DNA from: Scytonema sp. RU_4_4
GTDB taxonomy: Bacteria > Cyanobacteriota > Cyanobacteriia > Cyanobacteriales > Nostocaceae
Direction: 5' to 3'
Assembly: GCA_012031965.1 (NCBI GenBank)
Contig: JAAUSC010000024.1
Location: 1,532-25,531, forward strand
Length of the DNA stretch: 24,000 bases
In this document: positions 16,405 through 24,000 of the stretch, piece by piece
Position numbering within the stretch: the stretch's first letter is position 1
Layout: the number at the start of each line of letters is the position of its first letter
Notes under the pieces: model-generated
Database searches by the model: none
What the model was told of the DNA's origin: nothing
What the model saw: only the letters and a program-made list of their open reading frames with translations
Program-made: the position numbers and the translations under genes

Positions 16405-17025
16405 ATGGAGAATAAAAAAATGCTAGAGAATCGTGATTATACCTTAATTATCGACAAAAGTGGCAGCATGGCAACTCCAGACCAAAAGGGGGGTAGGAGC
16501 AGATGGTTTGCTGCACAGGAATCTACCTTCGCCTTAGCGAGTAAATGTGAGCAATTAGACCCTGATGGTATTACTGTTTATCTATTTTCTGGTAGATTTA
16601 AACGCTATGAAAATGTGACATCAACCAAGGTGTTGCAAATTTTTCAAGAGAATGACCCTTCTGGTACAACAGATTTGGCAGGTGTGTTGAAACACGCAAC
16701 CGATAACTACTTTCAACGTAAAGCTGCGGGTGAAACTAAGCCAAATGGTGAAACTATTTTAGTTGTAACTGATGGTGAACCAGATGACCGTAAAGCGGTT
16801 ATGAAGGTGATTATTGAAGCTTCTCGTCAGATGGATCGCGATGAGGAACTTGCTATTTCTTTTATTCAAGTAGGTACAGACTCCCAGGCGACTCGCTTTC
16901 TCAAAGTATTAGATGATGAATTGCAAGGAGCAGGTGCAAAGTTTGATATCTGCGACACCATTACTATAGAAGATATGGAAGACATGAGTTTATCAGAAAT
17001 ACTGCTCAATGCCATTAATGATTAA
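16405..17025 (+). CDS. vWA domain protein, paralog 2 (tandem duplicate)
   Basis: Collinear with 15754-16359 at roughly 70% aa identity by eye, with the same MIDAS elements. An alternative start is ATG 16420. Confidence 0.85.
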   Translation: MENKKMLENRDYTLIIDKSGSMATPDQKGGRSRWFAAQESTFALASKCEQLDPDGITVYLFSGRFKRYENVTSTKVLQIFQENDPSGTTDLAGVLKHATDNYFQRKAAGETKPNGETILVVTDGEPDDRKAVMKVIIEASRQMDRDEELAISFIQVGTDSQATRFLKVLDDELQGAGAKFDICDTITIEDMEDMSLSEILLNAIND

Positions 17026-17106
17026 TCATCTCTCTTGCTTTTAACTGAATTAACACTGAATTAATGCGGCAAACTGAATGTGCCGTAGTAAAAAGGATTT
17101 TATATC

Positions 17107-17502
17107 ATGGATTCTCTTGATAAACTTTTAGCTGAACTGAAAGCTGAATATGAGGAACAAAAACCCCAACAGCATCAGCTAAAAGCAAATTCCATCAAAC
17201 CAGTCAATAAATTGCAACCAAAATCGGAATCTTTAATAGACAATCTTTTAGCGAAAGTCAAAGCTGATTTTGAGCAAAAAGATTTGGCTGAAAAATTGCA
17301 AAGACAGCAAGAACTAGAACAAGAACGAATGAAACAAGAACAACTTAAGGCTAAAAAATTAGAGGAATTAACAAAGCAAGCCCAAAATTGGCTAGTTAAA
17401 TTAGACCCTTTTTCCTTAGAAGGACTGTGGTTTGAAAAGTTTGCAGAAGGATACCCGTCAAAATTAAAGGCAGCAATTGAATATTTACAGAATAGTGAAT
17501 AA
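17107..17502 (+). CDS. Hypothetical K/E/Q-rich coiled-coil protein (131 aa)
   Basis: Heptad-like charged sequence (QRQQELEQERMKQEQLKAKKLEELTKQ). Same strand as the vWA pair and immediately downstream of it. Confidence 0.55.
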   Translation: MDSLDKLLAELKAEYEEQKPQQHQLKANSIKPVNKLQPKSESLIDNLLAKVKADFEQKDLAEKLQRQQELEQERMKQEQLKAKKLEELTKQAQNWLVKLDPFSLEGLWFEKFAEGYPSKLKAAIEYLQNSE

Positions 17503-17592
17503 ATATTAAGTCAACCTGTCATTTATTCTTGGTCTTTTGTTTTTTCAACTATCAAGAACTAATGACACAGAATAATCTGAAAAAATCAGTTA

Positions 17593-17946
17593 TCAAATAT
17601 TTTGCTTTTTATTATTGATTTCAGATAAATGCTTGACACCCCACTCATGCATTGCATAAAGAATTGGTTGAAGACTTTCTCCTAAAGGTGTTAATGAATA
17701 CTCTACTTTAGGAGGAATTTGTGGGTAAACTTTGCGATGAATAATCCCATCTTCTTCCATCTCCCTGAGTTGTTGAGTCAGCATTTTTTGAGTAATTCCA
17801 TCTAAAGCTCGCTGTAATTCACCAAAGCGTTTCATACCATCCATTAATTCTCTAATAATCAAAACTTTCCAGCGTCCACCAATGACTTTTAGCGTGGTTT
17901 CTACCTCACAAGTTAACCTGGTGTGGTTTTGCGCTTCAGCTTTCAT
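17593..17946 (-). CDS. HxlR-family winged-helix transcriptional regulator
   Basis: LKVIGGRWKVLIIRELMDGMKRFGELQRAL...ITQKMLTQQLREMEEDGIIHRKVYPQIPPKVEYSLTPLG is a typical HxlR signature. Confidence 0.9.
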   Translation of the reverse strand: MKAEAQNHTRLTCEVETTLKVIGGRWKVLIIRELMDGMKRFGELQRALDGITQKMLTQQLREMEEDGIIHRKVYPQIPPKVEYSLTPLGESLQPILYAMHEWGVKHLSEINNKKQNI

Positions 17947-18010
17947 AGTTTCTTTGCGGTAACTAGCTTATTTTTAAGTGTCTACTTCTCATCTTACAGC
18001 GGTTTTCTGT

Positions 18011-18230
18011 TAGGTGGGCATTGCTCACCAATATCTCAAATCTCTATCACATAGGCTTTTGGTCGCAATGTCCAACGCCAGATGCTTCAAGCCGGGAAAC
18101 CCGTCCAACGCACTGGCTCCCCTACGATTTGTAGTCTATTCATATGAAAACCGCTGTTACTTTAGCAGTTTGCATTTGGGTGCAATACACCCTCGAATTA
18201 AGTAGGGTGGGCATTACAATCCCACCCTAC
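18011..18230. repeat. Second cluster of the dispersed GC-rich repeats, including the perfect hairpin GTAGGGTGGG-N8-CCCACCCTAC (18203-18230)
   Basis: Shares TAGGTGGGCATTGCTCACC, CAAGCCGGGAAACCCG and CAACGCACTGGCTCCCCTACG with 445-736. Track ORF 18014-18205 is an artefact. Confidence 0.7.
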
Positions 18231-18265
18231 TGTGGAAATCAGTGAAAGTCATATAACTTAATTTC

Positions 18266-18312
18266 AAACTACAGATGAACACAGATGATTTATCTGTGGT
18301 CATCTGTAGTTT
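18266..18312. repeat. Long palindromic repeat AAACTACAGATGAACACAGAT-N5-ATCTGTGGTCATCTGTAGTTT
   Basis: 21-bp stem with one mismatch. Same family as 21806-21849. Confidence 0.8.
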
Positions 18313-18367
18313 CATTTTCATTGTTCTTAACTTTTGCAAGAGACACCCATGAATTGCACTTTTGAAT

Positions 18368-19135
18368 TTAGTGCATGAAGTGGAGAAATATAGTTTTTAA
18401 AAACTTTTTAAAATGAACCGCAGAGGTACAGAGAAAGCAGAGGAGAAAAATTGAGGAGGGAGAAAGCAGGCTTGCATTTGTGACAGGCTTAATAGAGGTG
18501 CTCTTGTTTGTTTGGTGCTGCAGATACTGCATTATGTATCTGTTGCTATGATGAGGCACTATCCCCATATTAGACTTATAGACAGACGCTTCGTACATGA
18601 CATCAGGTACGTAAACGAACCAGGTACTCTTAGCTTTTCCCTGCTTAGGTTGAAGTGGCTGCACAAATGTGACTTTCCAATGGTCGCCGCCATATCTTTG
18701 AGCATCGCGATCAATAGATGAAACACGCAATTGCTGACCTGCTGTGGCTGCGTACTTGTCTTCTTGTGCTAATTTTGATGATTGTTCCCGCCAGTCTTGC
18801 TTGAAAGTTGTATTTGTTCTGACTCTGAGAATTGTTGAGGTTGATGGAACTGCTGATAATTCTTCTACATGAGGTGCGTAAACGTACCAGATGGTTTTCG
18901 CTTTACCTTGATTAGGCTGAAGTGGTTGCTCGAAAGTGACTAACCAATGGTCACCACCATATTTCTGAGTATTACGGTCAATAGACGAAACGCGAAATTG
19001 CTGACCTGCTTGAGCTAAATACTTGTTTTGTTCTTGTAGCTGAAGATTGTTTGATTGTAGTCGCCAGTCTTGCTTGAAGGTTGTATTTGTCTTCACTCTT
19101 AAAGTGATTGGCATTGATGCATCTCCTCTTACCAC
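18368..19135 (-). CDS. Hypothetical protein with two tandem ~85-aa domain repeats; likely start at ATG 19114
   Basis: Repeat 1 is ITLRVKTNTTFKQDWRLQ...GGDHWLVTFEQPLQPNQGKAKTIWYVYAPHV. Repeat 2 is TILRVRTNTTFKQDWREQ...GGDHWKVTFVQPLQPKQGKAKSTWFVYVPDV. The C-terminal ~75 aa are low-complexity and run through a dispersed repeat. Confidence 0.6.
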   Translation of the reverse strand: MVRGDASMPITLRVKTNTTFKQDWRLQSNNLQLQEQNKYLAQAGQQFRVSSIDRNTQKYGGDHWLVTFEQPLQPNQGKAKTIWYVYAPHVEELSAVPSTSTILRVRTNTTFKQDWREQSSKLAQEDKYAATAGQQLRVSSIDRDAQRYGGDHWKVTFVQPLQPKQGKAKSTWFVYVPDVMYEASVYKSNMGIVPHHSNRYIMQYLQHQTNKSTSIKPVTNASLLSPSSIFLLCFLCTSAVHFKKFLKTIFLHFMH

Positions 19136-19268
19136 AGTTTGAAGCCTTGAGGCTTCTGTTGTTTGTCAATTTATTATCTAAAATTATGACAACTCATGAC
19201 AAACTGTCAAAGATATTACAAATACTTTCAGTCAATGTAAGTATATCAGACAATATTAGGCTCTCTCA

Positions 19269-20720
19269 TTACGCTCTCCAAAAAAGTTTCAATTTGGTAA
19301 ATAAACTCACAAGACATGCAATCATTAATGTATAAATAATTCCTTTCAAAAAACCTGTTAAAGGGGTTTCTGTAAACTTTAAAATCAACGGTTCAATCTG
19401 AGTTAATCTAAAAATGGGCAACACAAAATTAGCAAATGCTACATAGGCAATCATTGGATTTTGTCCATTATCTATTAACAAGTGAAGAAATTTTTGTTGT
19501 TTAAAGATATCTAGGAGTATCGTAAAGGTAATTAGGAGAAAAAGGGCGATCGCCGTAGTGATAAAGTAATAACTCAACGTTGAAGGGTCTTTCTTTATTC
19601 CATTCTGAAACGGTTCAAAAAGCAAACCAAGCGCTAACCAATAAAAGCCCCATTGGTAAAATAATTTCAGCAATCTTTCTGTGTCATTAGACGGATTGAC
19701 AAATAAAAACCAGCTTATTGAACAAAGAACTAAACTCAGTAATGTTGTTTGCCATACCCACCTAGCTTGTAAGCCAATGAGTAATCCCAAACAAGTCATT
19801 AACATCAATAGAATGATGGTGTAAAAACGAGGTTTCTTCCAGCTTTGTTTCATATCTTCATTCTCTGCATTAGTTGCTGAGGTGGTTTGCAACCAGTTCA
19901 GAATGAAATCTCCTGCAATCGTTCCAGGAATAACAATAAATAAATATTTTAAATAATCAAATTGAAAAATCCAAGGGATAGGTGAGGCTCTCCAAAGGAT
20001 CGCAATCCAACTCTCCTTAACTGTGGCTGAAAAGTGTAAAGCAATCAAAAAGCCTAACAATCCTAAACGTAAAAAAAAATTATTTCTGGTAATCAACCAA
20101 GCAAGTGATCCAAAAACCGCCATATTCATCAAAACGACTAGGATAATATCACTTCTTGAAAGCAAAAATCCACGTCCATCTGGATATTGAAGGAAAGATA
20201 TGAGGATAATTGCTGCTATGAAAGCACCAATGGAAATCCATTTTATATACTGCCTAAAATTTAGGTTTACAGACAATTGAACAAACATCAAAAAGAGTAT
20301 TAGAAAACCTAACAAAGCTATCCACCACGTTTTTTCAGTTGGATTTGGATTTATTGTATACGGTCTCATATGTTGAAGGAATATTGCAAAGATTCCTAAT
20401 AAAAAGCCTCTTTTAAGAATATAGACAATAACTTGTTTTGTAGTAAATCCTTTAGCAAGGCGACTCGACAGCGCCAAAGGAATAGCTGCTCCCATACAAA
20501 ACAAGAAAATTGGAAATACAGTATCTACCCAAGTTAATCCAGGTAAATTAGGATTAAATGTATGGGTAGGTGGCGGCTCCTGAGCATGGTACATCCAAGC
20601 TGGCAAAATCTTATACCTTATAGTCCCTGATAAGACCATTGCTAAAATTGCAAATCCACGCAGTGCATCTAAGGCGTAGGCGCGTTTCATATTGGCGATA
20701 GTGACAGTCTGCTCCTGCAT
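19269..20720 (-). CDS. Multi-pass membrane protein, acyltransferase-like (DUF1624/DUF5009, heparan-alpha-glucosaminide N-acetyltransferase-like)
   Basis: The N-terminal YALDALRGFAILAMVLSG motif and 10 or more hydrophobic segments. The region is very AT-rich. Confidence 0.6.
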   Translation of the reverse strand: MQEQTVTIANMKRAYALDALRGFAILAMVLSGTIRYKILPAWMYHAQEPPPTHTFNPNLPGLTWVDTVFPIFLFCMGAAIPLALSSRLAKGFTTKQVIVYILKRGFLLGIFAIFLQHMRPYTINPNPTEKTWWIALLGFLILFLMFVQLSVNLNFRQYIKWISIGAFIAAIILISFLQYPDGRGFLLSRSDIILVVLMNMAVFGSLAWLITRNNFFLRLGLLGFLIALHFSATVKESWIAILWRASPIPWIFQFDYLKYLFIVIPGTIAGDFILNWLQTTSATNAENEDMKQSWKKPRFYTIILLMLMTCLGLLIGLQARWVWQTTLLSLVLCSISWFLFVNPSNDTERLLKLFYQWGFYWLALGLLFEPFQNGIKKDPSTLSYYFITTAIALFLLITFTILLDIFKQQKFLHLLIDNGQNPMIAYVAFANFVLPIFRLTQIEPLILKFTETPLTGFLKGIIYTLMIACLVSLFTKLKLFWRA

Positions 20721-20805
20721 GGAAATCTCATCCTAGTTCCTATGTTTTAGCTGTCATACATTATTTATCTCATACCTAACCTTCAGAAAAAAGATTTATT
20801 TTCTT

Positions 20806-21684
20806 TTATGATTCATCACATTTATCTTGACTTTTGATTTGATGAAATCCTTCAGCTATTTCTAACGTTTGTTGAAATGATATTTGTCGGTTAATTGGTA
20901 TACGAGGAATTTCGTAGTAGTTTTTCAAGCATCCGTGATTTAATATTCTATTATTGTATAAATAGCTAGATAAATAGTATTTAGATGCATACTGTTGCAC
21001 TTGTTTATTATAAGCTCCATAAGGGTAAGCAATATGAGATGCAACTTTTTGTTGTGGGTCTAAATCTTGGGTACATTGTCTCAGTTTAATCTGAGCTTGC
21101 TGGAGTTCCTTGACTAATTCTTGACGAGTCAGTGTTGTTAAGTCTTTATGATTTAATCCATGAGATTGAATATCATAGAAACCTTTTTTCAAACCTTTCC
21201 TTAATTCCTGGCATCCTAAGTGAGTTGAAGAGGTACTTCCTTTTCGTTCCATAATGCCTGGATTGATAAACAAGACAACTTTTACTTTTTTTCCGTATTT
21301 CTGTTCAAGCTTAGACAAAATGGGTAGTAAGTTCGTGTCTACTGTTTTATATCCGTCATCAAAGGAAATCATGATTGGCTTTTGATTGGAATAAGTCTTA
21401 GGTATTTTTTGAGATTTTTTTAAGAAAAAATCATACAAGTCTTGAGTTGTTAAAAACCAATAATTATTACGAACTAAATACTCTAAAGTTTTCTCTAAGT
21501 TTTGTTGCGGATAGTGCATCTCTAGCAATTGAGAAGTCGGAGTCTTAGAATTAACGATGCCATGAAACCCCAAAATAGGAATAACAGGCTCATGAGCAAG
21601 TAAATTGAGAATAGAAATAATAATGATAAGTGTCAGAACAAGACGTAAAGAAAATTTTTTATTTGTTTGATTCACTTTGAGCAA
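20806..21684 (-). CDS. Polysaccharide deacetylase (NodB homology domain) with an N-terminal membrane anchor
   Basis: ISFDDGY and QSHGLNH NodB-type motifs. N-terminal hydrophobic segment LRLVLTLIIIISILNLL. The start is TTG 21684 or GTG 21675. Confidence 0.8.
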   Translation of the reverse strand: MLKVNQTNKKFSLRLVLTLIIIISILNLLAHEPVIPILGFHGIVNSKTPTSQLLEMHYPQQNLEKTLEYLVRNNYWFLTTQDLYDFFLKKSQKIPKTYSNQKPIMISFDDGYKTVDTNLLPILSKLEQKYGKKVKVVLFINPGIMERKGSTSSTHLGCQELRKGLKKGFYDIQSHGLNHKDLTTLTRQELVKELQQAQIKLRQCTQDLDPQQKVASHIAYPYGAYNKQVQQYASKYYLSSYLYNNRILNHGCLKNYYEIPRIPINRQISFQQTLEIAEGFHQIKSQDKCDES

Positions 21685-21747
21685 TTTAGTTCGATTGATT
21701 GGATGGTAGATAGAGCCAGCTTTCTGGAATAGAGTTGATTATAAATT

Positions 21748-21780
21748 ATATTCCCTGCATATTCCCTGCATATTCCCTGC
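21748..21780. repeat. 11-bp tandem repeat ATATTCCCTGC x3
   Basis: Directly visible perfect copies in the deacetylase upstream region. Confidence 0.9.
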
Positions 21781-21805
21781 AAAAAGTCGGTTTAGAGATA
21801 TTTTG

Positions 21806-21849
21806 AACCACAGATGCACACAGATAAATTATCTGTGTTTATCTGTGGT
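21806..21849. repeat. Long palindromic repeat AACCACAGATGCACACAGATAA / TTATCTGTGTTTATCTGTGGTT
   Basis: About 22-bp arms with 2 mismatches. Same CACAGATG-type family as 18266-18312. Confidence 0.8.
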
Positions 21850-21948
21850 TTCATATGAAAAAATTAACTTTTGTAAAAGACTCCATCAGCTAAAGCTCAC
21901 AAGGAAGAAGAAAAGTAGATTTTCAAGGCAGGTCTATTGTAATACAGC

Positions 21949-22872
21949 ATGACCGAGGTGTCGCGTTTGCTTAAAGCATTTATTATGAGTCTAGGTTTTA
22001 AAAAACAATTGCATCTCATACCTCTAATGGCTAAACAACTTGAGTTAAATGACTACAAGCAACAGATAGCGGATGTGTATAATCGCAGAAGTCACAACTA
22101 TGATGAAAGTGAATGGCATTTGAGGATTGCTCATCGTCTGGTTGAATACGCACGAATCAGCCCCCCACATAACATTTTGGACATTGCAACTGGAACAGCT
22201 CATGTTGCAATTGAAGTGGCTCAGATAGTTGGATCTTCTGGTAAGGTTGTTGGCGTGGATATTTCAACTGAGATGCTCTCTGTTGCTAGGCGCAAGGTTG
22301 AGGCGTTAAGTCTAAGCAATGTTGAACTTCAGCTTGCGGATGCTGAAACACTGAATTTCCCAGCCAACAGTTTTGACCGAATTTTGTGCGCGAATGCATT
22401 TCCTTTGATGACAGATATGGAAGCTACATTACGCCAATGGATGCGATTTCTCAAACCTAATGGGCTAGTTGGCTTTCATGCGCTTGCGGATACAGCTTTA
22501 GTTGGAGTTGTTATTTGGCAAAAGATATTTGAAAAGTATGGTGTTTCGCGAGAGTTGAGCGAGCCAACAGGTACAGTTGAAAAATGTCACAACTTGCTTG
22601 AAAGAGCTGGCTTTGAAGCGATTGAAATTAAGACGGAGCAGTACGGTAGCTATATTAGCTTAGAGCAGGCGAAGCAAAGGTGGAGTGTAAGTTCCTATCC
22701 AGCCCCAAAATTATTTAACCCTCTATCGCAGCTTTCATCAGAGCAACTAGAACAAATCAAGGCTGAATTTGATGCACAATTGGAGGCATTAGTGACAGAG
22801 CAGGGTATTTGGAACGATGGTACCTCCTTTTTTGCATTCGGTCGTAAAGGAGTAGATAATATCACTCATTAA
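21949..22872 (+). CDS. Class I SAM-dependent methyltransferase; likely start at ATG 22027
   Basis: Motif I ILDIATGTAHVAIEVA, DRILCANAFPLM and LKPNGLVGF are typical of the Methyltransf_11/25 type. Confidence 0.85.
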   Translation: MTEVSRLLKAFIMSLGFKKQLHLIPLMAKQLELNDYKQQIADVYNRRSHNYDESEWHLRIAHRLVEYARISPPHNILDIATGTAHVAIEVAQIVGSSGKVVGVDISTEMLSVARRKVEALSLSNVELQLADAETLNFPANSFDRILCANAFPLMTDMEATLRQWMRFLKPNGLVGFHALADTALVGVVIWQKIFEKYGVSRELSEPTGTVEKCHNLLERAGFEAIEIKTEQYGSYISLEQAKQRWSVSSYPAPKLFNPLSQLSSEQLEQIKAEFDAQLEALVTEQGIWNDGTSFFAFGRKGVDNITH

Positions 22873-22877
22873 CAAAT

Positions 22878-22916
22878 CAGTGAACAGTGAACAGTGAACA
22901 GTGAACAGTGAACAGT
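22878..22916. repeat. Heptamer tandem repeat CAGTGAA x5 (STRR-like)
   Basis: Directly visible. It begins 6 nt after the methyltransferase stop. Confidence 0.9.
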
Positions 22917-22927
22917 TATCAAGCAAT

Positions 22928-22957
22928 TGATAACTGATGACTGATGACTGATAACTG
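22928..22957. repeat. Heptamer tandem repeat TGATAAC/TGATGAC x4 (STRR-like)
   Basis: Directly visible. Confidence 0.9.
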
Positions 22958-22989
22958 TATTTTATAACAGGCAATGTCTGCGTGGCTGA

Positions 22990-23492
22990 CTAAATCTGCC
23001 ATGCCTTGAGCCATTTATTCACGACTATGTTAAAGAATTTTTTCACCTGATGCTTACGACGCCATCTCTGGAAAGCGAGTTCGTATTCTTCGCCTTTCAT
23101 TTGAAAAGTATTCCAAGCATCAAGACCTACTGCAAACCCACAACAGAGTAAAATGTACAATGACCAGGAAAGACCTGCACCACCAAGGAGATCTATGGAT
23201 AACAAAAAGACATTGACAATTGCATAATTGCCAAAACGCTTCTTGAATCTACCTTGACGCTGAGCGTTAAAAGCTTGCCGTTGTAGCATTTCTCCTTGTT
23301 GTTCTAGCCAGTCTCGTTCTGCTTGTTTGAGTGTCTCTGTGGAGATTTCCAATTCTGTAGCAATTTCCAGCAATTGTTCGTACGAAAATTCTTTGTTGTT
23401 ATCGTCAGCTTGACGGCGATCGCCAGATGGAGAATCTGCTGTATATCGTCTTGGCTATAAGTCTGAGTCACTCTAGTTTCAAAAGCCGCCAT
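22990..23492 (-). pseudogene. 2TM-domain membrane protein gene split by a 1-nt frameshift at a HIP1 site
   Basis: The upstream ORF (23492 downward) reads MAAFETRVTQTYSQDDIQQILHLAIA. The downstream frame is open from about 23447 and reads ...RQADDNNKEFSYEQLLEIATELEIS... It has no ATG/GTG start and only an internal TTG at 23373. The frames switch at GCGATCGC (23416-23423). Confidence 0.55.
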
Positions 23493-23612
23493 AATTTTGT
23501 TTCTTTTATTTTTTTCAATAAAGTTTTGTTTTGATGCTTTGCCACTATTTTTAGACTAGCAAATATAGCTGGTGCTGTGGGTAGATGGTATATACAGGGA
23601 AAAAATAAAATT

Positions 23613-24000
23613 TTACTTAAATTTATACTGTACTTGTTGTTTTTTGGTTAAATGCATGGCAATACCTTTCTCGTAGTAAGCTGCTTCATTAACAAAAACT
23701 GGATAGACTGTTGATTCTCCTTCATAAGTCATCTTTTTACCATCAAAGGTCAGAAAAATCGCATCACCTGGATTGAGAGGCTCATAATCCCTAAACTGAA
23801 GCTCTGGGTGAATCATCGCGTGAATCTCTCCCTTCTGGTTTCTAGGGTAGTCGAGAGTCCCAACATATTGATAGAGGGTGAGTGTGGAGTTGGTCTGTGG
23901 AGCTGTTCCTTGATTATGTGCTTCTACATAGTCTAGGATAGTGTAAACAAGTTTCTCCGTTTTCTCGAATAAGTCTGCATTCAAGACACCCTGAGCCACA
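23613..24000 (-). CDS. Succinylglutamate desuccinylase/aspartoacylase-family protein, C-terminal part; the 5' end lies beyond the window
   Basis: The C-terminal beta-domain-like sequence ([41 protein letters not shown]) resembles cyanobacterial aspartoacylase-like proteins. The ORF is open to the window edge. Confidence 0.6.
   Translation of the reverse strand, partial: VAQGVLNADLFEKTEKLVYTILDYVEAHNQGTAPQTNSTLTLYQYVGTLDYPRNQKGEIHAMIHPELQFRDYEPLNPGDAIFLTFDGKKMTYEGESTVYPVFVNEAAYYEKGIAMHLTKKQQVQYKFK

Noticed and set aside
1-24000. tRNA, rRNA, tmRNA or RNase P genes
   Set aside because: I scanned by eye for T-loop (GGTTCGAATCC-like) and other conserved cores on both strands and found nothing convincing. 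A tRNAscan or Infernal run would be decisive.

Overview
This window looks like chromosomal DNA from a filamentous, heterocyst-forming cyanobacterium (Nostocales-like). The evidence is psbB-psbT, several HIP1 GCGATCGC sites, heptameric STRR-type tandem repeats and Nostoc-style dispersed hairpin repeats. Housekeeping genes include recR, psbB, psbT, ribosomal protein S1, an M50/CBS site-2 protease, and a peptide-type ABC binding protein with one permease. The most notable feature is a compact accessory element on the minus strand at about 10990-12760. It encodes a 427-aa IscB-type nuclease: a PLMP-like N-terminus, a split RuvC with an inserted HNH domain, and an Arg-rich bridge helix. A G+C-rich, hairpin-dense non-coding region of about 330 nt lies directly upstream and is a candidate omega/HEARO guide RNA. 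Two matching subterminal imperfect hairpins of the IS200/IS605 type bracket the element. The window contains no tnpA, CRISPR array or cas1/cas2. Next to the element is a compositionally atypical (higher G+C) orphan gene. Other items worth a second look: a duplicated ~170-nt terminator-ended candidate sRNA upstream of recR; an acidic tandem-repeat tail on S1; tandem vWA paralogs followed by a coiled-coil gene; an AT-rich polysaccharide deacetylase/acyltransferase-like pair lying between two copies of one palindromic repeat family; a protein with an internal domain duplication; and a 2TM-type gene split by a frameshift exactly at a HIP1 site. Coordinates of features outside the ORF track were counted by hand and may be off by a few nt.
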